Assembly (NCBI GenBank): GCA_963661325.1
Contig: CAVLBP010000001.1
Span: 113-64,112 of the forward strand
Source: a bacterium
GTDB lineage: Bacteria; Bacillota; Clostridia; Lachnospirales; Lachnospiraceae
DNA length: 64,000 nucleotides
Reading direction: 5' to 3'
Made by a program: the position numbers and the translations under genes
Shown: piece after piece, positions 58,089 to 64,000 of the stretch
Numbering within the stretch: position 1 is the stretch's first letter
How the letters are laid out: every line of letters starts with the position of its first letter
The notes under the pieces: generated by a model
Seen by the model: only the letters and a program-made list of their open reading frames with translations
Told to the model about the DNA's origin: nothing
The model's database searches: none

Positions 58089-61000
58089 CTATGACTCCTC
58101 CTTTGACTTTGCATACAGACTCTCTACATCTATCGTTCCATCCTCGATCAGGGAAAGCATGATCTCTACCAATTTAGGATCAAATTGTGTGCCGCTGCAG
58201 CGCTTCAACTCTGAAATGACATAATCCAGATCCAGTTGTTTTCGATACACACGGTTTGCCGTCATAGCATCAAAGGCATCTGCGATACCAATGATACGTG
58301 CTTCAATCGGAATTTCTTCGCCTTTGAGTCCGTGGCAATACCCTGTCCCATCGTATCTTTCATGATGATATAAGGCTCCCAGATCTACATTTTCGATCAT
58401 CTTGAAATCCTTTAGGATCTCCGCCCCCTTGACTACATGAGACTTCATGATATCGTATTCCTCATCCGTCAATCTTGCCGGCTTGTTTAGTATGGCATCC
58501 GGTATACCGATCTTTCCGATATCGTGTAAAAGTGCCATCTGTCTTAAGTTCTCGCATTTTGCCTCCGGATATCCAAGACGTCTTGCAATAGCCACCGAGT
58601 ATTCTGATACACGGAAAGAATGCTGACTCGTATTGGTATCCTTGGCATCCACCGTCCGGGCAATGGATAAAATGGTCTCATTTCCCATCTCGATCTGCTT
58701 TTGTGCATACTCAAGTGCATACTGCTGACGCAGGATTGTCTTCTGGGACTGGGCTCTTGTAACCGACCAGGTAATCCAAACCAGAACCAGACCAATAATC
58801 AGCCATACGTAGATGTAAAACCAGCCGTTCTGATACATCTCCCGGTCTTTTTCTATGGTGTAATTAGCAGTCTCCATAATACTGCCGTCCAAACCGTCCA
58901 GAATAGAAATATGAAAAATATAGGTGCCCGATTTCAGATCCGTGTAAGTAACTTTACTGAATTCACTAAGCAGGCAGGTGGTCTCTGCCGTATCATATCC
59001 TTCCAGATAATAACTGATGTAAGGATCATATACAGAGTAATTCAGGATCTCCGGCTCAAAGGTAATCTTCGATGCATCTGCAGACAGGGTCAATACATCC
59101 GAACGACTGATCTTGGTCTGTGTTCCATCCACGGTAACATAATCCATAAGCATACGGTAGGACTTGGCCGTAATGTCGTAATTAGACATATTGACCTTGA
59201 TCACTCCCGTACCACTGCACAAATACAGAAGATCTCCCTCTCTGCACATCCATGCATTCGCTGTCAGGGACGAGCGCAGACCTCGTTTTGCATCCATTAG
59301 AGGGTACTCCGTTCTGGTATTTGTGATCAGATCCTCCGACTTTGCAACATAGATCCCGGCACTTCCCAAGATCCAGCATGTGCCATCGTCACATACCATG
59401 TCGTAATTGTTGCTATATGGAAACTGATCCAGATTTTTGATATTTCCATCTGCATACATATAACAAAGACCATTACTGGTAACAATAAACATGCCGTCTG
59501 TAGAAGCGTCATAAACCATACGCATAACAACACCGGAAGAAAGTCCGTCTTTCTTCTCAATATGTCCGCTCACTTTTCCATTCTTGATGATGGTAATGCC
59601 ACCGCCGTCAGAGCCAACATACAAGGCACCCTGATACTCCAACAGACAGAGAGATTTCTCATTCTTTAGTCCGTCCTGCTGGCGATATACGTTTGTGATC
59701 TTCTCGTTTTTAAGAACAGCAACGCCGTAATCACCGCATACAATAATGGATCCGTCCTCTGCTTCATATATATTTCTAAAACGCATTCCCGGCATACCGT
59801 CGTCTTCTGTAAACATGCGGATCTGATAATTGCCCTGGTCATCCTTTTGCACCCTGCAAAGTCCCAGACCTGTTGTTGCGATCCAGAGGTTGCCCTGACT
59901 GTCCGCCTTGATTCCACGTATTCTGGTGTTAGCCAGCATGGTACTGAGTTCATTATTGATCTGCGTTCCCTTGATCTCATCTATAATAACGAGTCCACTG
60001 TCCGTACCGCAGAAAAGAAGATTATCCCAGATCTCCGTGGTATTGACCACAGCTGACTCTACACCAACCTGAGAAAAAAGTTCCTGAAACGGGGATTTGC
60101 TCATTTTCAGCAATCCTTGTCTGGCTGAGCAGAACCAGAGGTTCCCCTGATAATCCACCAGCATGCTATAGATCGCACTGGAAAAATCATCTGTATTCAA
60201 TCTGGTATAAGTGCCATCCGCATAGATGACCGCCATACCATTATCCGCACAGACAAAAATATCTCCATCGTCCGTTTCGTAAAAATAATTGATCGTCTCT
60301 ATATCGTCCAGCTGCAAAGTCTTTAAAAGACGCGGTGCATCGCCGGAAAGATCATACATATAGATCATATCATCTGCCGTGCCAAGGAAAAGCCTGTCAT
60401 CGCTTGTAAAGAAAACGCCCCTGATGTTTTTCTGTTGGATAGCCGAAGTAAGGCTCTCCACGATTTCTCCATCCTTAAACCAGTAGACCTCGCCTCTTTC
60501 CGACGCCGCAACTACATTTCCATTATGATCGGATGACATATGATAGACATTTTTTATATCTTCGTAGTTTTTGACAATACGCATGCCACCATTTAAAGAA
60601 ATGACCGATATTCCCTCTGTCGTCCCAATATAGTAATTGCCATGGGCGTCACTGACGATATCCTTTACAGAATTAGACAGAAGACCGTCTTCCTCACTGA
60701 TGGTATTGACAACCTGTTCATTAATCAGCATGGAAATGCCATTATCATTGGTCCCGACCCACAGGCGTCCTTCGTCGTCTGTATAAAGGCTAATAACACT
60801 CTTTACGGACGGCAGATCATTGCAGAGTTTGAATTTATTGCCGTCATATTTATAAAGTCCGGCATAGGTGGCAATCCAGAGTTTACCATCCTTAGTCTGT
60901 TCTATATCGTTGGCTTCGCCCGACAGAAGACCTTCTTCGCTTGCATATTCGTTATGCAGATAAGAATCATAGTCGATCTTATCCTCTGCAGCAAAGACAT

Positions 61001-61622
61001 CATTTCCATGTAAGAGACAAATACCCGCAACAAGAAGCAGCATAAAACCGGTCACTTTTATCTTGCCTTCTGTCCCGCCTCTTCTCTTCCGTACCAGGCG
61101 GACGCAGCCGAAAACAACCTCTACGCAGACCAGCTTGTCCAAAAATTCTACATAAAACTGTCCCAAAAACAAGGCCGCAATTTTAGGGAAGCCATTATCC
61201 ATACACAACAAAGCCAGTTGGCTGCCCCATACATTCTGAATGGATCCATCATATACGGTAACCTTTAAAATAGTAGCTACCAGCGTAGAAAACAAGGCCA
61301 GCACCATTCCCAATGACATAGTCTTGAACTGGTTCTCAAAATATTGTTTTCTGGCTGCCCAGCCCACTGCTACACCGATCACCGCACCGATCACACAGAA
61401 GACCGATTGCTGCTGCAAAAATATGCCATAGATAATGTTGTTCATAAAGCCAACAATACCACCGCATACCGGGCCTGCTACATATGCGATCATAAACGTG
61501 CCAAGGGAATCACACCAGATTGGCAGCATGCATTTGTCTGCCAGGGTGCGTCCCAGCATATCAATCAGCAATGCCACAATTGTGTAGGGTATGATCCGAT
61601 ATTCCTTTTTCTTTTCCATCAT
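58089..61622 (-). CDS. 1177-aa chimeric sensor: polytopic ECF-S-component-like module, double beta-propeller (Reg_prop repeats) plus Y_Y_Y domain, TM helix, and a variant HD-GYP
   Basis: The N-terminal module reads LIDMLGRTLADK...SLGTFMIAYVAGPVCGGIVGF. Repeated propeller blades follow (DGKLWIATYAGLY, EGRLWVGTNDNGI, QGNLWFCS, QGNLWIATTGLGL). The Y_Y_Y domain reads YISYYLEGYD...LKSGTYIFHI. HD-GYP signatures are HDIGKIGIPD and HHERYDGTGYCHGL. The start is the ATG at 61622 after GAGGGAG. Confidence 0.85.
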   Translation of the reverse strand: MMEKKKEYRIIPYTIVALLIDMLGRTLADKCMLPIWCDSLGTFMIAYVAGPVCGGIVGFMNNIIYGIFLQQQSVFCVIGAVIGVAVGWAARKQYFENQFKTMSLGMVLALFSTLVATILKVTVYDGSIQNVWGSQLALLCMDNGFPKIAALFLGQFYVEFLDKLVCVEVVFGCVRLVRKRRGGTEGKIKVTGFMLLLVAGICLLHGNDVFAAEDKIDYDSYLHNEYASEEGLLSGEANDIEQTKDGKLWIATYAGLYKYDGNKFKLCNDLPSVKSVISLYTDDEGRLWVGTNDNGISMLINEQVVNTISEEDGLLSNSVKDIVSDAHGNYYIGTTEGISVISLNGGMRIVKNYEDIKNVYHMSSDHNGNVVAASERGEVYWFKDGEIVESLTSAIQQKNIRGVFFTSDDRLFLGTADDMIYMYDLSGDAPRLLKTLQLDDIETINYFYETDDGDIFVCADNGMAVIYADGTYTRLNTDDFSSAIYSMLVDYQGNLWFCSARQGLLKMSKSPFQELFSQVGVESAVVNTTEIWDNLLFCGTDSGLVIIDEIKGTQINNELSTMLANTRIRGIKADSQGNLWIATTGLGLCRVQKDDQGNYQIRMFTEDDGMPGMRFRNIYEAEDGSIIVCGDYGVAVLKNEKITNVYRQQDGLKNEKSLCLLEYQGALYVGSDGGGITIIKNGKVSGHIEKKDGLSSGVVMRMVYDASTDGMFIVTSNGLCYMYADGNIKNLDQFPYSNNYDMVCDDGTCWILGSAGIYVAKSEDLITNTRTEYPLMDAKRGLRSSLTANAWMCREGDLLYLCSGTGVIKVNMSNYDITAKSYRMLMDYVTVDGTQTKISRSDVLTLSADASKITFEPEILNYSVYDPYISYYLEGYDTAETTCLLSEFSKVTYTDLKSGTYIFHISILDGLDGSIMETANYTIEKDREMYQNGWFYIYVWLIIGLVLVWITWSVTRAQSQKTILRQQYALEYAQKQIEMGNETILSIARTVDAKDTNTSQHSFRVSEYSVAIARRLGYPEAKCENLRQMALLHDIGKIGIPDAILNKPARLTDEEYDIMKSHVVKGAEILKDFKMIENVDLGALYHHERYDGTGYCHGLKGEEIPIEARIIGIADAFDAMTANRVYRKQLDLDYVISELKRCSGTQFDPKLVEIMLSLIEDGTIDVESLYAKSKEES

Positions 61623-61677
61623 TGAAAACTCCCTCATTGTATCTTTTATCCCATACGGTAAACTTTCGGTTTCCATC

Positions 61678-61693
61678 CTGTATAATTATACAG
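61678..61693. promoter_or_regulatory. perfect 16-bp palindrome that reads as an extended -10 (TGTATAAT) on both strands
   Basis: CTGTATAATTATACAG is its own reverse complement. It lies in the divergent intergenic region, ~55 nt upstream of the sensor gene ATG and ~125 nt upstream of the plus-strand gene. A third half-site GATACAGG follows at 61695-61702. Confidence 0.4.
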
Positions 61694-61816
61694 TGATACA
61701 GGATAATTTTATCAAATCATCCCCCTTAATGCAAGATATGTCACGCTCTGCACCTTGAAAATTTTCTATGCAAACTTTATACTGAAAAAAACAGATTTTA
61801 GGAGCATTGGCATCTT

Positions 61817-62860
61817 ATGAAAGAAAACTTTGAACACTATATCAGCAGGCATATCCGTTCATTTTATCAGCGTAGAATCGTTTCTCCTATCATTTTTCTT
61901 ATCATCCTGATCGTTCTGGCCTTTTTTTACCCGATCAGCAGCCTGATAAAACCGGCACATGTCAGCAGAGACAATGATATAGAGAAATTATATAAAAATA
62001 ACAGGCAATATGTTGAAATCACTCTCAGAGATCTTTACTTTACTGGGTATACCAAGCGATGGCTTGATACCACTGTCGGTTACTATTATTACACAAATAT
62101 GGGTGACGACTGCATTATTGTCCTTTTGAACCCGGATGATTCGCAGCAGGGTCTGCCAACCATTGATAAGATAAAAATCCGTGGCAAGGTTCTCTACCAT
62201 TCCCATGCCATGAACAAGCTTTTTCTTTATTTATCAGAAGATTTGGCCTGGTCACAGGATGGCATTGCCTCTACCATATCTCCTTATATGATCTCTCAGC
62301 CTGATGCAACCAACCTGCAGACCGTACTTTTTCTTATGGTTTACCTGCTAAGCGGACTTTACGCCTGTATCAGCATCATTCGCTATGCCATCTACATTGC
62401 CTTTCCGGTTTTCTCCGTACCTGTACAGAGGCTTCGCTGTTATGGCAAACCACGTAAGATATTAGCGGAGGCCGAGGAAGAACTGGCGACCCTGCCACAG
62501 TTGGCAACAGAAGATATGTTCATTACGGAGCATTATTTTATTGAGACTTCCAATTACGGTGTGGCGATCGTACCGATCAGCCAGATCATCTGGATCTACA
62601 AATACTCCACCCTGCATAAGTTTTTGTGGCACCACTTTTCTATTTCCTATACCTTGCACATCACTGCCGCCAAGCGCCAGTACATTCATTGTCCGAAAAA
62701 TATCAAGTCCGACATCGATGGTATCATGGACTATCTGGCAGAAGCCAACCACGATATCCTGGTAGGATTTAGTGAGGTCAACCGCCTCAAGGTCGAGGAG
62801 ATCCAAGGCGACCTCGCCCCCTTCAAGAAATTCTGGGCGTTTCTTAGCAAGAAGGTGTAG
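61817..62860 (+). CDS. membrane protein of unknown function (3 predicted TM helices, ~140-aa cytoplasmic C-terminal domain)
   Basis: The ORF is long and the TM helices are clear (IIFLIILIVLAFF; VLFLMVYLLSGLYACISII; IYIAFPVF). I recognised no catalytic motif. The RBS TAGGAG lies 12 nt upstream. Confidence 0.55.
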   Translation: MKENFEHYISRHIRSFYQRRIVSPIIFLIILIVLAFFYPISSLIKPAHVSRDNDIEKLYKNNRQYVEITLRDLYFTGYTKRWLDTTVGYYYYTNMGDDCIIVLLNPDDSQQGLPTIDKIKIRGKVLYHSHAMNKLFLYLSEDLAWSQDGIASTISPYMISQPDATNLQTVLFLMVYLLSGLYACISIIRYAIYIAFPVFSVPVQRLRCYGKPRKILAEAEEELATLPQLATEDMFITEHYFIETSNYGVAIVPISQIIWIYKYSTLHKFLWHHFSISYTLHITAAKRQYIHCPKNIKSDIDGIMDYLAEANHDILVGFSEVNRLKVEEIQGDLAPFKKFWAFLSKKV

Positions 62861-62867
62861 TTGGCAT

Positions 62868-62913
62868 TTTAAGCGGGGGATCGCCCCAGCATCTGCACAC
62901 ACCCCCGCTTAAA
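62868..62913. terminator. long hairpin after the plus-strand gene (12-bp stem, 22-nt loop)
   Basis: TTTAAGCGGGGG (62868-62879) pairs with CCCCCGCTTAAA (62902-62913). No clean U-run follows. Confidence 0.4.
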
Positions 62914-62926
62914 TTGCCTAATATAC

Positions 62927-62974
62927 AGAAAATCCCTGCAAGAAACGCCAACGCGTCTCCCGCAGGGATTTTCT
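62927..62974. terminator. second long hairpin (13-bp stem, 22-nt loop) between convergent genes
   Basis: AGAAAATCCCTGC (62927-62939) pairs with GCAGGGATTTTCT (62962-62974), followed by ATTTTAT on the plus strand. Confidence 0.5.
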
Positions 62975-62994
62975 ATTTTATCCTTGCAGACGAG

Positions 62995-63942
62995 TTATAC
63001 TCCCATCTTACTTTGCATCCACTGATACAGATCCTCATATACCACCTGACGATCTGTCTCATTTAAGATCTCATGTCGGTCATCCTTATATAATTTCAAG
63101 GAAACATCCTGCATACCTGCTGCAAGAAACTTGTCTCTGGCAGCCTCAACACCCTTACCCATATTTCCAACCGGATCACTGTCGCCGGAAACAAAGAAGA
63201 TCGGCAAGTCTTTTTTCATCTTTGCGATATTGTTTAGATCATTGTCATACTTGGTAGACTCTACCAGTCCACGGTATGCCCCTAAAGAGAATGTAAATGT
63301 ACACTTTGGATCCTGATAATATTTCTTAACGATATCAACATCCTTTGTCAGCCAACTCTTCTCCGGTGTGGCACCTGTGCAGTCATACTGCTTGTAAGGC
63401 GCACCATAGGTCATATCTCTGACAAAGGTACTGCGGTGCTGATCTGACCGGAAGAATGCCAACAGATTGATCACGGCGAGTCCGGCATTGATCGTCCCGT
63501 CACTCTCTGTACCGGTTCCCATAATGATGGCTCCGTCCAATTCATCCATTTCCTCAGCCTTAACACACAGGCATTTTCTTGTCATATAAGATCCCATGCT
63601 ATGTCCCATGATAAAATATGGAAGTGTCGGATATTCTGCTTTGGTCAGTTTGTAATTGCTGTAGATATCCTCTACCATGATGTCACTCGGATGCTTTGCA
63701 TGCATGATGCCCCATTCTTCCGGTGAAGAAACAGACTCTCCATGTCCGATGTGATCATGTCCCACTACAACGAACCCCTTACTGTTCAAAAATTCTGCAA
63801 ACGGACGGTAACGCTCGATGTATTCTACCATGCCATGTACGATCTGAAGCACGGCAACCGGCTCCTGATCCGGCATCCACTTGACACCGTGAATCTGTGT
63901 TACTCCATCTGCTGATGCAAATTGATATGTCTGCTCTGCCAT
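62995..63942 (-). CDS. alpha/beta hydrolase (lysophospholipase/monoglyceride lipase-like)
   Basis: It has the nucleophile elbow GHSMGS, HGMVEY and DHIGHGES. The RBS is AAGGGGGA. Confidence 0.85.
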   Translation of the reverse strand: MAEQTYQFASADGVTQIHGVKWMPDQEPVAVLQIVHGMVEYIERYRPFAEFLNSKGFVVVGHDHIGHGESVSSPEEWGIMHAKHPSDIMVEDIYSNYKLTKAEYPTLPYFIMGHSMGSYMTRKCLCVKAEEMDELDGAIIMGTGTESDGTINAGLAVINLLAFFRSDQHRSTFVRDMTYGAPYKQYDCTGATPEKSWLTKDVDIVKKYYQDPKCTFTFSLGAYRGLVESTKYDNDLNNIAKMKKDLPIFFVSGDSDPVGNMGKGVEAARDKFLAAGMQDVSLKLYKDDRHEILNETDRQVVYEDLYQWMQSKMGV

Positions 63943-64000
63943 TTTATAATCCCCCTTATTATTTGTCTCATATATGTAAATGGTATTGCCACCTTTACTT

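Overview
This 64-kb window is a chromosomal segment from a spore-forming Firmicute. Gene content and synteny (relA-MBL-hemZ-hisS-aspS, spoVAD/spoVAE, LL-DAP pathway) suggest Clostridia, possibly Lachnospiraceae; that placement is inference. About 55 protein genes are present and roughly 90% lie on the minus strand in tightly packed co-directional arrays. All protein calls rest on motifs I recognised by eye in the supplied translations, because no searches could be run.

Contents from left to right:
- A rhamnoside-utilisation locus (1-5117) holds a partial GH78 at the window edge, a GPH symporter, a second GH78 broken by a frameshift, and an AraC regulator.
- A GAF/PAS-GGDEF-EAL protein, a methyltransferase-like protein with a degenerate catalytic motif, and AraC plus a PsiE-like protein follow.
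- Housekeeping genes come next: ilvE, a flavin reductase, an MCP, hisS-aspS, hemZ-like, MBL hydrolase, relA, dapF-dapL-GNAT, a eukaryote-type (His6-like) hisA, and guaB.
- An envelope and spore group follows: amidase, PAP2, a repeat lipoprotein, and spoVAD-spoVAE.
- A T-box (UGG, Trp) controls a COG2984-type ABC importer that carries an extra small ORF.
- Then come a FliB-like Cys-rich protein, a HAD hydrolase, apt, a hybrid histidine kinase, a Csp-like subtilase with a small zinc-ribbon ORF, hisC, an L,D-transpeptidase, nadE, hslO and a SAM methyltransferase.
- A seven-gene signalling operon (49.3-61.6 kb) follows.
- A membrane protein of unknown function and an alpha/beta hydrolase close the window.

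I found no rRNA, tRNA, CRISPR array, IS element or prophage, and no recognisable defence island. The best candidate for an undescribed system is the signalling operon. It has two HD-GYP outputs, a hybrid HK-Hpt, a REC-REC protein, a FIST plus TM-less MCP pair, a membrane-anchored BMP binding protein, and a 1177-aa chimeric sensor. This is a hypothesis from domain architecture and gene packing, not a demonstrated system.
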